64,000 nt of DNA from the human T2T-CHM13v2.0 reference genome, Homo sapiens, in the NCBI RefSeq assembly GCF_009914755.1, contig NC_060936.1; one strand, written 5' to 3'. The notes beneath the pieces were generated by a model, which was not told the DNA's origin, ran no database searches, and saw only the letters and a list, made by a program, of their open reading frames with translations. Of this stretch, positions 12,571-27,179 are shown in pieces; within the stretch, counting starts at the first letter, position 1; the number at the start of each line of letters is the position of its first letter. A program made the position numbers and the translations under genes.

Positions 12571-13590
12571 CAAATATCACAAAAAGAGGGTTTCACATCT
12601 GCTCTGTCTAAAGGACAGTTCACCTCTGTGAGTTGAATAGAGGCAACACAAAGAACTTACTCAGTATTCTTCTTTCTAGCGTTCTATGAAGAAATCCCGT
12701 TTCCAACGAAGGCCCTAAAGAGGTCCAAATATCTGCTTGCAGACTTTACAGACAGAGTGTTTCCAAACTACTCTATGAAAAGAAAGCTTAAACTCCTTGA
12801 GTTGAACGCACACATCACAAAGTAGTTTCTGAGAATGATTCTGTCTAGTTTTTATACGAAGATGTTTCCTTTTCTACATTTGGTCTCAAAGCGATTGAAA
12901 TCTCCAACTGGAAACTGCACAAATAGGGTGTTTCAAATCTGCTCTGTCTAAAGGAAGGTTCAACTCTGTGAGTTGAATACACACACCACAAATAAGTTAC
13001 TGAGAATTCTTCTGTCGAACATTACTTGAAGAAATCCCGTTTCCAACGAAGGCCTCAAAGAGGTCCAAATATCTGCCTGCAGACTTTACAGACAGAGTGT
13101 TTCCAAACTGCTCCATCAAAAGAAAGGTTAAACTCCTTGAGTTGAACACACACATCACAAAGTAGTTTCTGTGAATGATTCTGTCTAGTTTTTATACAAA
13201 GATGTTTCCTTTTCTACCTTTGGTCTCAAAGCGATTGAAATCTCCACATGGAAACTCCACAAAAAGAGTGTTTCAAATCTGCTCTTTCTGAAGGAAGGTT
13301 CATCTCTGTGAGTTGAATACACACACCACAAATAAGTTACTGAGAATTCTTCTGTGTAACATTATATGAGGAAATCCCGTTTCCAACGAAGGCCTCAAAG
13401 AGGTCCAAATATCCACTTGCAGACTTTACAAAGACAGTGTCTCCAAACTCCTCCATCAAAAGAAAGGTTATACTCTGTGAATTGAACGCACACATCACAA
13501 AGTAGTTTCTGAGAATGATTCTGTCTAGTTTTTATACGAAGATATTTCCTTTTCTACATTTGGCCTAAAAGCGCTTCAAATCTCCACCTG
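12571..13590 (-). repeat. 6-mer HOR variant A-[B/C hybrid]-D, 1020 bp
   Basis: B-type tgtcgaacattacttg is followed, after the CENP-B box at ~13035, by C-type atctgcctgcagactttacagac...ctccttgag...ctacctttgg. Confidence 0.92.
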
Positions 13591-16500
13591 CAAATACCAC
13601 AAAAAGAGGGTTTCACATCTGCTCTGTCTAAAGGACAGTTCACCTCTGTGAGTTGAATAGAGGCAACACAAAGAACTTACTCAGTATTCTTCTTTCTAGC
13701 GTTCTATGAAGAAATCCCGTTTCCAACGAAGGCCCCAAAGAGGTCCAAATATCTGCTTGCAGACTTTACAGACAGAGTGTTTCCAAACTACTCTATGAAA
13801 AGAAAGCTTAAACTCCTTGAGTTGAACGCACACATCACACAGTAGTTTCTGAGAATGATTCTGTCTAGTTTTTATACGAAGATGTTTCCTTTTCTACATT
13901 TGGTCTCAAAGCGATTGAAATCTCCAACTGGAAACTGCACAAATAGGGTGTTTCAAATCTGCTCTGTCTAAAGGAAGGTTCAACTCTGTGAGTTGAATAC
14001 ACACACCACAAATAAGTTACTGAGAATTCTTCTGTCGAACATTACTTGAAGAAATCCCGTTTCCAACGAAGGCCTCAAAGAGGTCCAAATATCCACTTGC
14101 AGACATTACAAACAGAGTGTTTCCAAACTGCTCCATCAAAAGAAAGGTTAAACTCTGTGAGCTGAACACACACATCAAAAAGAAGTTTCTGTGAATGATT
14201 CTGTCTAGATTTTATAAGAAGATGTTTCCTTTTCTACCGTAGGCCTCAAAGCGCTTGAAATCTCCAGCTGCAAATTCCACAAAAAGGGTGTTTAACATCT
14301 GCTCTTCTAAAGGAAAGTTCAACTCTATGAGTTGAATACACACAGCACAAAGAAGTTACTGAGACTTGTCCTATCAAACATTATATGAAGAAATCCCGTT
14401 TCCAACGAAGGCCTCAAAGAGGTCCAAATATCTGCTTGCAGACTTTACAGACAGAGTGTTTCCAAACTGCTCCATCAAAAGAAAGGTTAACCTCCTTGAG
14501 TTGAACACACACATCACAAAGTAGTTTCTGTGAATGATTCTGTCTAGTTTTTATACGAAGATGTTTCCTTTTCTACCTTTGGTCTCAAAGCGATTGAAAT
14601 CTCCACATGGAAACTCCACAAAAAGAGTGTTTCAAATCTGCTCTTTCTGAAGGAAGGTTCATCTCTGTGAGTTGAATACACACACCACAAATAAGTTACT
14701 GAGAATTCTTCTGTGTAACATTATATGAGGAAATCCCGTTTCCAACGAAGGCCTCAAAGAGGTCCAAATATCCACTTGCAGACTTTACAAAGACAGTGTT
14801 TCCAAACTCCTCCATCAAAAGAAAGGTTATACTCTGTGAATTGAACGCACACATCACAAAGTAGTTTCTGAGAATGATTCTGTCTAGTTTTTATACGAAG
14901 ATATTTCCTTTTCTACATTTGGCCTAAAAGCGCTTGAAATCTCCACCTGCAAATATCACAAAAAGAGGGTTTCACATCTGCTCTGTCTAAAGGACAGTTC
15001 ACCTCTGTGAGTTGAATAGAGGCAACACAAAGAACTTACTCAGTATTCTTCTTTCTAGCGTTCTATGAAGAAATCCCGTTTCCAACGAAGGCCCCAAAGA
15101 GGTCCAAATATCTGCTTGCAGACTTTACAGACAGAGTGTTTCCAAACTACTCTATGAAAAGAAAGCTTAAACTCCTTGAGTTGAACGCACACATCACAAA
15201 GTAGTTTCTGAGAATGATTCTGTCTAGTTTTTATACGAAGATGTTTCCTTTTCTACATTTGGTCTCAAAGCGATTGAAATCTCCAACTGGAAACTGCACA
15301 AATAGGGTGTTTCAAATCTGCTCTGTCTAAAGGAAGGTTCAACTCTGTGAGGTGAATACACACACCACAAATAAGTTACTGAGAATTCTTCTGTCGAACA
15401 TTACTTGAAGAAATCCCGTTTCCAACGAAGGCCTCAAAGAGGTCCAAATATCCACTTGCAGACATTACAAACAGAGTGTTTCCAAACTGCTCCATCAAAA
15501 GAAAGGTTAAACTCTGTGAGCTGAACACACACATCAAAAAGTAGTTTCTGTGAATGATTCTGTCTAGATTTTATAAGAAGATGTTTCCTTTTCTACCGTA
15601 GGCCTCAAAGCGCTTGAAATCTCCAGCTGCAAATTCCACAAAAAGGGTGTTTAACATCTGCTCTTCTAAAGGAAAGTTCAACTCTATGAGTTGAATACAC
15701 ACAGCACAAAGAAGTTACTGAGACTTGTCCTATCAAACATTATATGAAGAAATCCCGTTTCCAACGAAGGCCTCAAAGAGGTCCAAATATCTGCTTGCAG
15801 ACTTTACAGACAGAGTGTTTCCAAACTGCTCCATCAAAAGAAAGGTTAACCTCCTTGAGTTGAACACACACATCACAAAGTAGTTTCTGTGAATGATTCT
15901 GTCTAGTTTTTATACGAAGATGTTTCCTTTTCTACCTTTGGTCTCAAAGCGATTGAAATCTCCACATGGAAACTCCACAAAAAGAGTGTTTCAAATCTGC
16001 TCTTTCTGAAGGAAGGTTCATCTCTGTGAGTTGAATACACACACCACAAATAAGTTACTGAGAATTCTTCTGTGTAACATTATATGAGGAAATCCCGTTT
16101 CCAACGAAGGCCTCAAAGAGGTCCAAATATCCACTTGCAGACTTTACAAAGACAGTGTCTCCAAACTCCTCCATCAAAAGAAAGGTTATACTCTGTGAAT
16201 TGAACGCACACATCACAAAGTAGTTTCTGAGAATGATTCTGTCTAGTTTTTATACGAAGATATTTCCTTTTCTACATTTGGCCTAAAAGCGCTTGAAATC
16301 TCCACCTGCAAATATCACAAAAAGAGGGTTTCACATCTGCTCTGTCTAAAGGACAGTTCACCTCTGTGAGTTGAATAGAGTCAACACAAAGAACTTACTC
16401 AGTATTCTTCTTTCTAGCGTTCTATGAAGAAATCCCGTTTCCAACGAAGGCCCTAAAGAGGTCCAAATATCTGCTTGCAGACTTTACAGACAGAGTGTTT

Positions 16501-19500
16501 CCAAACTACTCTATGAAAAGAAAGCTTAAACTCCTTGAGTTGAACGCACACATCACAAAGTAGTTTCTGAGAATGATTCTGTCTAGTTTTTATACGAAGA
16601 TGTTTCCTTTTCTACATTTGGTCTCAAAGCGATTGAAATCTCCAACTGGAAACTGCACAAATAGGGTGTTTCAAATCTGCTCTGTCTAAAGGAAGGTTCA
16701 ACTCTGTGAGTTGAATACACACACCACAAATAAGTTACTGAGAATTCTTCTGTCGAACATTACTTGAAGAAATCCCGTTTCCAACGAAGGCCTCAAAGAG
16801 GTCCAAATATCCACTTGCAGACATTACAAACAGAGTGTTTCCAAACTGCTCCATCAAAAGAAAGGTTAAACTCTGTGAGCTGAACACACACATCAAAAAG
16901 AAGTTTCTGTGAATGATTCTGTCTAGATTTTATAAGAAGATGTTTCCTTTTCTACCGTAGGCCTCAAACCGCTTGAAATCTCCAGCTGCAAATTCCACAA
17001 AAAGAGTGTTTAACATCTGCTCTTCTAAAGGAAAGTTCAACTCTATGAGTTGAATACACACAGCACAAAGAAGTTACTGAGACTTCTCCTATCAAACATT
17101 ATATGAAGAAATCCCGTTTCCAACGAAGGCCTCAAAGAGGTCCAAATATCTGCTTGCAGACTTTACAGACAGAGTGTTTCCAAACTGCTCCATCAAAAGG
17201 AAGGTTAACCTCCTTGAGTTGAACACACACATCACAAAGTAGTTTCTGTGAATGATTCTGTCTAGTTTTTATACGAAGATGTTTCCTTTTCTACCTTTGG
17301 TCTCAAAGCGATTGAAATCTCCACATGGAAACTCCACAAAAAGAGTGTTTCAAATCTGCTCTTTCTGAAGGAAGGTTCATCTCTGTGAGTTGAATACACA
17401 CACCACAAATAAGTTACTGAGAATTCTTCTGTGTAACATTATATGAGGAAATCCCGTTTCCAACGAAGGCCTCAAAGAGGTCCAAATATCCACTTGCAGA
17501 CTTTACAAAGACAGTGTCTCCAAACTCCTCCATCAAAAGAAAGGTTATACTCTGTGAATTGAACGCACACATCACACAGTAGTTTCTGAGAATGATTCTG
17601 TCTAGTTTTTATACGAAGATATTTCCTTTTCTACATTTGGCCTAAAAGCGCTTGAAATCTCCACCTGCAAATATCACAAAAAGAGGGTTTCACATCTGCT
17701 CTATCTAAAGGACAGTTCACCTCTGTGAGTTGAATAGAGGCAACACAAAGAACTTACTCAGTATTCTTCTTTCTAGCGTTCTATGAAGAAATCCCGTTTC
17801 CAACGAAGGCCCCAAAGAGGTCCAAATATCTGCTTGCAGACTTTACAGACAGAGTGTTTCCAAACTACTCTATGAAAAGAAAGATTAAACTCCTTGAGTT
17901 GAACGCACACATCACAGAGTAGTTTCTGAGAATGATTCTGTCTAGTTTTTATACGAAGATGTTTCCTTTTCTACGTTTGGTCTCAAAGCGATTGAAATCT
18001 CCAACTGGAAACTGCACAAATAGGGTGTTTCAAATCTGCTCTGTCTAAAGGAAGGTTCAACTCTGTGAGTTGAATACACACACCACAAATAAGTTACTGA
18101 GAATTCTTCTGTCGAACATTACTTGAAGAAATCCCGTTTCCAACGAAGGCCTCAAAGAGGTCCAAATATCCACTTGCAGACATTACAAACAGAGTGTTTC
18201 CAAACTGCTCCATCAAAAGAAAGGTTAAACTCTGTGAGCTGAACACACACATCAAAAAGAAGTTTCTGTGAATGATTCTGTCTAGATTTTATAAGAAGAT
18301 GTTTCCTTTTCTACCGTAGGCCTCAAAGCGCTTGAAATCTCCAGCTGCAAATTCCACAAAAAGGGTGTTTAACATCTGCTCTTCTAAAGGAAAGTTCAAC
18401 TCTATGAGTTGAATACACACAGCACAAAGAAGTTACTGAGACTTCTCCTATCAAACATTATATGAAGAAATCCCGTTTCCAACGAAGGCCTCAAAGAGGT
18501 CCAAATATCTGCTTGCAGACGTTACAGACAGAGTGTTTCCAAACTGCTCCATCAAAAGAAAGGTTAAACTCCTTGAGTTGAACACACACATCACAAAGTA
18601 GTTTCTGTGAATGATTCTGTCTAGTTTTTATACGAAGATGTTTCCTTTTCTACCTTTGGTCTCAAAGCGATTGAAATCTCCACATGGAAACTCCACAAAA
18701 AGAGTGTTTCAAATCTGCTCTTTCTGAAGGAAGGTTCATCTCTGTGAGTTGAATACACACACCACAAATAAGTTACTGAGAATTCTTCTGTGTAACATTA
18801 TATGAGGAAATCCCGTTTCCAACGAAGGCCTCAAAGAGATCCAAATATCCACTTGCAGACTTTACAAAGACAGTGTCTCCAAACTCCTCCATCAAAAGAA
18901 AGGTTATGCTCTGTGAATTGAACGCACACATCACAAAGTAGTTTCTGAGAATGATTCTGTCTAGTTTTTATACGAAGATATTTCCTTTTCTACATTTGGC
19001 CTAAAAGCGCTTGAAATCTCCACCTGCAAATATCACAAAAAGAGGGTTTCACATCTGCTCTGTCTAAAGGACAGTTCACCTCTGTGAGTTGAATAGAGGC
19101 AACACAAAGAACTTACTCAGTATTCTTCTTTCTAGCGTTCTATGAAGAAATCCCGTTTCCAACGAAGGCCCCAAAGAGGTCCAAATATCTGCTTGCAGAC
19201 TTTACAGACAGAGTGTTTCCAAACTACTCTATGAAAAGAAAGCTTAAACTCCTTGAGTTGAACGCACACATCACAAAGTAGTTTCTGAGAATGATTCTGT
19301 CCAGTTTTTATACGAAGATGTTTCCTTTTCTACATTTGGTCTCAAAGCGATTGAAATCTCCAACTGGAAACTGCACAAATAGGGTGTTTCAAATCTGCTC
19401 TGTCTAAAGGAAGGTTCAACTCTGTGAGTTGAATACACACACCACAAATAAGTTACTGAGAATTCTTCTGTCGAACATTACTTGAAGAAATCCCGTTTCC

Positions 19501-22500
19501 AACGAAGGCCTCAAAGAGGTCCAAATATCCACTTGCAGACATTACAAACAGAGTGTTTCCAAACTGCTCCATCAAAAGAAAGGTTAAACTCTGTGAGCTG
19601 AACACACACATCAAAAAGAAGTTTCTGTGAATGATTCTGTCTAGATTTTATAAGAAGATGTTTCCTTTTCTACCGTAGGCCTCAAAGCGCTTGAAATCTC
19701 CAGCTGCAAATTCCACAAAAAGGCTGTTTAACATCTGCTCTTCTAAAGGAAAGTTCAACTCTATGAGTTGAATACACACAGCATAAAGAAGTTACTGAGA
19801 CTTCTCCTCTCAAACATTATATGAAGAAATCCCGTTTCCAACGAAGTCCTCAAAGAGGTCCAAATATCTGCTTGCAGACTTTACAGACAGAGTGTTTCCA
19901 AACTGCTCCATCAAAAGAAAGGTTAACCTCCTGAGTTGAACACACACATCACAAAGTAGTTTCTGTGAATGATTCTGTCTAGTTTTTATACGAAGATGTT
20001 TCCTTTTCTACCTTTGGTCTCAAAGCGATTGAAATCTCCACATGGAAACTCCACAAAAAGAGTGTTTCAAATCTGCTCTTTCTGAAGGAAGGTTCATCTC
20101 TGTGAGTTGAATACACACACCACAAATAAGTTACTGAGAATTCTTCTGTGTAACATTATATGAGGAAATCCCGTTTCCAACGAAGGCCTCAAAGAGGTCC
20201 AAATATCCACTTGCAGACTTTACAAAGACAGTGTCTCCAAACTCCTCCATCATAAGAAAGGTTATACTCTGTGAATTGAACGCACACATCACAAAGTAGT
20301 TTCTGAGAATGATTCTGTCTAGTTTTTATACGAAGATATTTCCTTTTCTACATTTGGCCTAAAAGCGCTTGAAATCTCCACCTGCAAATATCACAAAAAG
20401 AGGGTTTCACATCTGCTCTGTCTAAAGGACAGTTCACCTCTGTGAGTTGAATAGAGGCAACACAAAGAACTTACTCAGTATTCTTCTTTCTAGAGTTCTA
20501 TGAAGAAATCCCGTTTCCAACGAAGGCCCCAAAGAGGTCCAAATATCTGCTTGCAGACTTTACAGACAGAGTGTTTCCAAACTACTCTATGAAAAGAAAG
20601 CTTAAACTCCTTGAGTTGAACGCACACATCACAAAGTAGTTTCGGAGAATGATTCTGTCTAGTTTTTATACGAAGGTGTTTCCTTTTCTACATTTGGTCT
20701 CAAAGCGATTGAAATCTCCAACTGGAAACTGCACAAATAGGGTGTTTAAAATCTGCTCTGTCTAAAGGAAGGTTCAACTCTGTGAGTTGAATACACACAC
20801 CACAAATAAGTTACTGAGAATTCTTCTGTCGAACATTACATGAAGAAATCCCGTTTCCAACGAAGGCCTCAAAGACGTCCAAATATCCACTTGCAGACAT
20901 TACAAACAGAGTGTTTCCAAACTGCTCCATCAAAAGAAAGGTTAAACTCTGTGAGCTGAACACATACATCAAAAAGAAGTTTCTGTGAATGATTCTGTCT
21001 AGATTTTATAAGAAGATGTTTCCTTTTCTACCGTAGGCCTCAAAGCGCTTGAAATCTCCAGCTGCAAATTCCACAAAAAGGGTGTTTAACATCTGCTCTT
21101 CTAAAGGAAAGTTCAACTCTATGAGTTGAATACACACAGCACAAAGAAGTTACTGGGACTTCTTCTGTCTAACATTATATGAAGAAATCCCGTTTCCAAC
21201 GAAGGCCTCAAAGAGGTCCAAATATCTGCTTGCAGACTTTACAGACAGAGTGTTTCCAAACTGCTCCATCAAAAGAAAGGTTAAACTCCTTGAGTTGAAC
21301 ACACACATCACAAAGTAGTTTCTGTGAATGATTCTGTCTAGTTTTTATACGAAGATGTTTCCTTTTCTACCTTTGGTCTCAAAGCGATTGAAATCTCCAC
21401 ATGGAAACTCCACAAAAAGAGTGTTTCAAATCTGCTCTTTCTGAAGGAAGGTTCATCTCTGTGAGTTGAATACACACACCACAAATAAGTTACTGAGAAT
21501 TCTTCTGTGTAACATTATATGAGGAAATCCCGTTTCCAACGAAGGCCTCAAAGAGGTCCAAATATCCACTTGCAGACTTTACAAAGACAGTGTCTCCAAA
21601 CTCCTCCATCAAAAGAAAGGTTATACTCTGTGAATTGAACGCACACATCACAAAGTAGTTTCTGAGAATGATTCTGTCTAGTTTTTATACGAAGATATTT
21701 CCTTTTCTACATTTGGCCTAAAAGCGCTTGAAATCTCCACCTGCAAATATCACAAAAAGAGGGTTTCACATCTGCTCTCTCTAAAGGACAGTTCACCTCT
21801 GTGAGTTGAATAGAGGCAACACAAAGAACTTACTCAGTATTCTTCTTTCTAGCGTTGTATGAAGAAATCCCGTTTCCAACGAAGGCCCCAAAGAGGTCCA
21901 AATATCTCCTTGCAGACTTTACAGACAGAGTGTTTCCAAACTACTCTATGAAAAGAAAGCTTAAACTCCTTGAGTTGAACGCACACATCACAAAGTAGTT
22001 TCTGAGAATGATTCTGTCTAGTTGTTATATGAAGAAGTTTCCTTTTCTACATTTGGTCTCAAAGCGATTGAAATCTCCAACTGGAAACTGCACAAATAGG
22101 GTGTTTCAAATCTGCTCTGTCTAAAGGAAGGTTCAACTCTGTGAGTTGAATACACACACCACAAATAAGTTACTGAGAATTCTTCTGTCGAACATTACTT
22201 GAAGAAATCCCGTTTCCAACGAAGGCCTCAAAGAGGTCCAAATATCCACTTGCAGACATTACAAACAGAGTGTTTCCAAACTGCTCCATCAAAAGAAAGG
22301 TTAAACTCTGTGAGCTGAACACACACATCAAAAAGAAGTTTCTGTGAATGATTCTGTCTAGATTTTAGAAGAAGATGTTCCCTTTTCTACCGTAGGCCTC
22401 AAAGCGCTTGAAATCTCCAGCTGCAAATTCCACAAAAAGGGTGTTTAACATCTGCTCTTCTAAAGGAAAGTTCAACTCTATGAGTTGAATACACACAACA

Positions 22501-25500
22501 CAAAGAAGTTACTGAGACTTCTCCTATCAAACATTATATGAAGAAATCCCGTTTCCAACGAAGGCCTCAAAGAGGTCCAAATATCTGCTTGCAGACTTTA
22601 CAGACAGAGTGTTTCCAAACTGCTCCATCAAAAGAAAGGTTAAACTCCTTGAGTTGAACACACACATCACAAAGTAGTTTCTGTGAATGATTCTGTCTAG
22701 TTTGTATACGAAGATGTTTCCTTTTCTACCTTTGGTCTCAAAGCGATTGAAATCTCCACATGGAAACTCCACAAAAAGAGTGTTTCAAATCTGCTCTTTC
22801 TGAAGGAAGGTTCATCTCTGTGAGTTGAATACACACACCACAAATAAGTTACTGAGAATTCTTCTGTGTAACATTATATGAGGAAATCCCGTTTCCAACG
22901 AAGGCCTCAAAGAGGTCCAAATATCCACTTGCAGACTTTACAAAGACAGTGTCTCCAAACTCCTCCATCAAAAGAAAGGTTATACTCTGTGAATTGAACG
23001 CACACATCACAAAGTAGTTTCTGAGAATGATTCTGTCTAGTTTTTATACGAAGATATTTCCTTTTCTACATTTGGCCTAAAAGCGCTTGAAATCTCCACC
23101 TGCAAATATCACAAAAAGAGGGTTTCACATCTGCTCTGTCTAAAGGACAGTTCACCTCTGTGAGTTGAATAGAGGCAACACAAAGAACTTACTCAGTATT
23201 CTTCTTTCTAGCGTTCTATGAAGAAATCCCGTTTCCAACGAAGGCCCCAAAGAGGTCCAAATATCTGCTTGCAGACTTTACAGACAGAGTGTTTCCAAAC
23301 TACTCTATGAAAAGAAAGCTTAAACTCCTTGAGTTGAACGCACACATCACAAAGTAGTTTCTGAGAATGATTCTGTCTAGTTGTTATACGAAGATGTTTC
23401 CTTTTCTACATTTGGTCTCAAAGCGATTGAAATCTCCAACTGGAAACTGCACAAATAGGGTGTTTCAAATCTGCTCTGTCTAAAGGAAGGTTCAACTCTG
23501 TGAGTTGAATACACACACCACAAATAAGTTACTGAGAATTCTTCTTTCGAACATTACTTGAAGAAATCCCGTTTCCAACGAAGACCTCAAAGAGGTCCAA
23601 ATATCCACTTGCAGACATTACAAACAGAGTGTTTCCAAACTGCTCCATCAAAAGAAAGGTTAAACTCTGTGAGCTGAACACACACATCAAAAAGAAGTTT
23701 CTGTGAATGATTCTGTCTAGATTTTATAAGAAGATGTTTCCTTTTCTACAGTAGGCCTCAAAGCGCTTGAAATCTCCAGCTGCAAATTCCACAAAAAGGG
23801 TGTTTAACATCTGCTCTTCTAAAGGAAAGTTCAACTCTATGAGTTGAATACACACAGCACAAAGAAGTTACTGAGACTTCTCCTATCAAACATTATATGA
23901 AGAAATCCCGTTTCCAACGAAGGCCTCAAAGAGGTCCAAATATCTGCTTGCAGACTTTACAGACAGAGTGTTTCCAAACTGCTCCATCAAAAGAAAGGTT
24001 AAACTCCTTGAGTTGAACACACACATCACAAAGTAGTTTCTGTGAATGATTCTGTCTAGTTTTTATACGAAGATGTTTCCTTTTCTACCTTTGGTCTCAA
24101 AGCGATTGAAATCTCCACATGGAAACTCCACAAAAAGAGTGTTTCAAATCTGCTCTTTCTGAAGGAAGGTTCATCTCTGTGAGTTGAATACACACACCAC
24201 AAATAAGTTACTGAGAATTCTTCTGTGTAACATTATATGAGGAAATCCCGTTTCCAACGAAGGCCTCAAAGAGCTCCAAATATCCACTTGCAGACTTTAC
24301 AAAGACAGTGTCTCCAAACTCCTCCACCAAAAGAAAGGTTATACTCTGTGAATTGAACGCACACATCACAAAGTAGTTTCTGAGAATGATTCTGTCTAGT
24401 TTTTATACGAAGATATTTCCTTTTCTACATTTGGCCTAAAAGCGCTTGAAATCTCCACCTGCAAATATCACAAAAAGAGGGTTTCACATCTGCTCTGTCT
24501 AAAGGACAGTTCACCTCTGTGAGTTGAATAGAGGCAACACAAAGAACTTACTCAGTATTCTTCTTTCTAGCGTTCTATGAAGAAATCCCGTTTCCAACGA
24601 AGGCCCCAAAGAGGTCCAAATATCTGCTTGCAGACTTTACAGACAGAGTGTTTCCAAACTACTCTATGAAAAGAAAGCTTAAACTCCTTGAGTTGAACGC
24701 ACACATCACAAAGTAGTTTCTGAGAATGATTCTGTCTAGTTTTTATACGAAGATGTTTCCTTTTCTACGTTTGGTCTCAAAGCGATTGAAATCTCCAACT
24801 GGAAACTGCACAAATAGGGTGTTTCAAATCTGCTCTGTCTAAAGGAAGGTTCAACTCTGTGAGTTGAATACACACACCACAAATAAGTTACTGAGAATTC
24901 TTCTGTCGAACATTACTTGAAGAAATCCCGTTTCCAACGAAGGCCTCAAAGAGGTCCAAATATCCACTTGCAGACATTACAAACAGATTGTTTCCAACCT
25001 ACTCCATCAAAAGAAAGGTTAAACTCTGTGAGCTGAACACACACATCAAAAAGAAGTTTCTGTGAATGATTCTGTCTAGATTTTATAAGAAGATGTTTCC
25101 TTTTCTACCGTAGGCCTCAAAGCGCTTGAAATCTCCAGCTGCAAATTCCACAAAAAGGGTGTTTAACATCTGCTCTTCTAAAGGAAAGTTCAACTCTATG
25201 AGTTGAATACACACAGCACAAAGAAGTTACTGAGACTTCTCCTATCAAACATTATATGAAGAAATCCCGTTTCCAACGAAGGCCTCAAAGAGGTCCAAAT
25301 ATCTGCTTGCAGACTTTACAGACAGAGTGTTTCCAAACTGCTCCATCAAAAGAAAGGTTAACCTCCTTGAGTTGAACACACACATCACAAAGTAGTTTCT
25401 GTGAATGATTCTGTCTAGTTTTTATACGAAGATGTTTCCTTTTCTACCTTTGGTCTCAAAGCGATTGAAATCTCCACATGGAAACTCCACAAAAAGAGTG

Positions 25501-25820
25501 TTTCAAATCTGCTCTTTCTGAAGGAAGGTTCATCTCTGTGAGTTGAATACACACACCACAAATAAGTTACTGAGAATTCTTCTGTGTAACATTATATGAG
25601 GAAATCCCGTTTCCAACGAAGGCCTCAAAGAGGTCCAAATATCCACTTGCAGACTTTACAAAGACAGTGTCTCCAAACTCCTCCATCAAAAGAAAGGTTA
25701 TACTCTGTGAATTGAACGCACACATCACAAAGTAGTTTCTGAGAATGATTCTGTCTAGTTTTTATACGAAGATATTTCCTTTTCTACATTTGGCCTAAAA
25801 GCGCTTGAAATCTCCACCTG

Positions 25821-27179
25821 CAAATATCACAAAAAGAGGGTTTCACATCTGCTCTGTCTAAAGGACAGTTCACCTCTGTGAGTTGAATAGAGGCAACACA
25901 AAGAACTTACTCAGTATTCTTCTTTCTAGCGTTCTTTGAAGAAATCCCGTTTCCAACGAAGGCCCCAAAGAGGTCTAAATATCTGCTTGCAGACTTTACA
26001 GACAGAGTGTTTCCAAACTACTCTATGAAAAGAAAGCTTAAACTCCTTGAGTTGAACGCACACATCACAAAGTAGTTTCTGAGAATGATTCTGTCTAGTT
26101 TTTATACGAAGATGTTTCCTTTTCTACATTTGGTCTCAAAGCGATTGAAATCTCCAACTGGAAACTGCACAAATAGGGTGTTTCAAATCTGCTCTGTCTA
26201 AAGGAAGGTTCAACTCTGTGAGTTGAATACACACACCACAAATAAGTTACTGAGAATTCTTCTGTCGAACATTACATGAAGAAATCCCGTTTCCAACGAA
26301 GGCCTCAAAGACGTCCAAATATCCACTTGCAGACATTACAAACAGAGTGTTTCCAAACTGCTCCATCAAAAGAAAGGTTAAACTCTGTGAGCTGAACACA
26401 CACATCAAAAAGAAGTTTCTGTGAATGATTCTGTCTAGATTTTATATGAAGATGTTTCCTTTTCTACCGTAGGCCTCAAAGCGCTTGAAATCTCCAGCTG
26501 CAAATTCCACAAAAAGGGTGTTTAACATCTGCTCTTCTAAAGGAAAGTTCAACTCTATGAGTTGAATACACACAGCACAAAGAAGTTACTGAGACTTCTT
26601 CTGTCTAACATTATATGAAGAAATCCCGTTTCCAACGAAGGCCTCAAAGAGGTCCAAATATCTGCCTGCAGACTTTACAGACAGAGTGTTTCCAAACTGC
26701 TCCATCAAAAGAAAGGTTAAACTCCTTGAGTTGAACACACACATCACAAAGTAGTTTCTGTGAATGATTCTGTCTAGTTTTTATACGAAGATGTTTCCTT
26801 TTCTACATTTGGTCTCAAAGCGATTGAAATCTCCACATGGAAACTGCACAAATAGGGTGTTTCAAATCTGCTCTGTCTAAAGGAAGGTTCAACTCTGTGA
26901 GTTGAATACACACACCACAAATAAGTTACTGAGAATTCTTCTTTCGAACACTACTTGAAGAAATCCCGTTTCCAACGAAGGCCTCAAAGAGGTCCAAATA
27001 TCCACTTGCAGACATTACAAACAGAGTGTTTCCAAACTGCTCCATCAAAAGAAAGGTTATACTCTGTGAATTGAACGCACACATCACAAAGTAGTTTCTG
27101 AGAATGATTCTGTCTAGTTTTTATACGAAGATATTTCCTTTTCTACATTTGGCCTAAAAGCGCTTGAAATCTCCACCTG
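25821..27179 (-). repeat. Length-preserving 8-mer variant with most of dimer D replaced by dimer-B sequence (first of 7 copies)
   Basis: At the D position (~26845-27050) the sequence reads aaactgcacaaataggg...ctttcgaacactacttg...gacattacaaac and then returns to D-type ggttatactctgtgaattg. The same variant occurs in units starting 29898, 34994, 41789, 43148, 47225 and 51302. Confidence 0.9.

Noticed and set aside
10561-19935. Single-base deletions (~10570, ~19932; also ~3737) giving 1358 bp units
   Set aside because: These are isolated singletons. The 10570 deletion is absent from its duplicate at ~17025, so they may be sequencing errors or trivial mutations.
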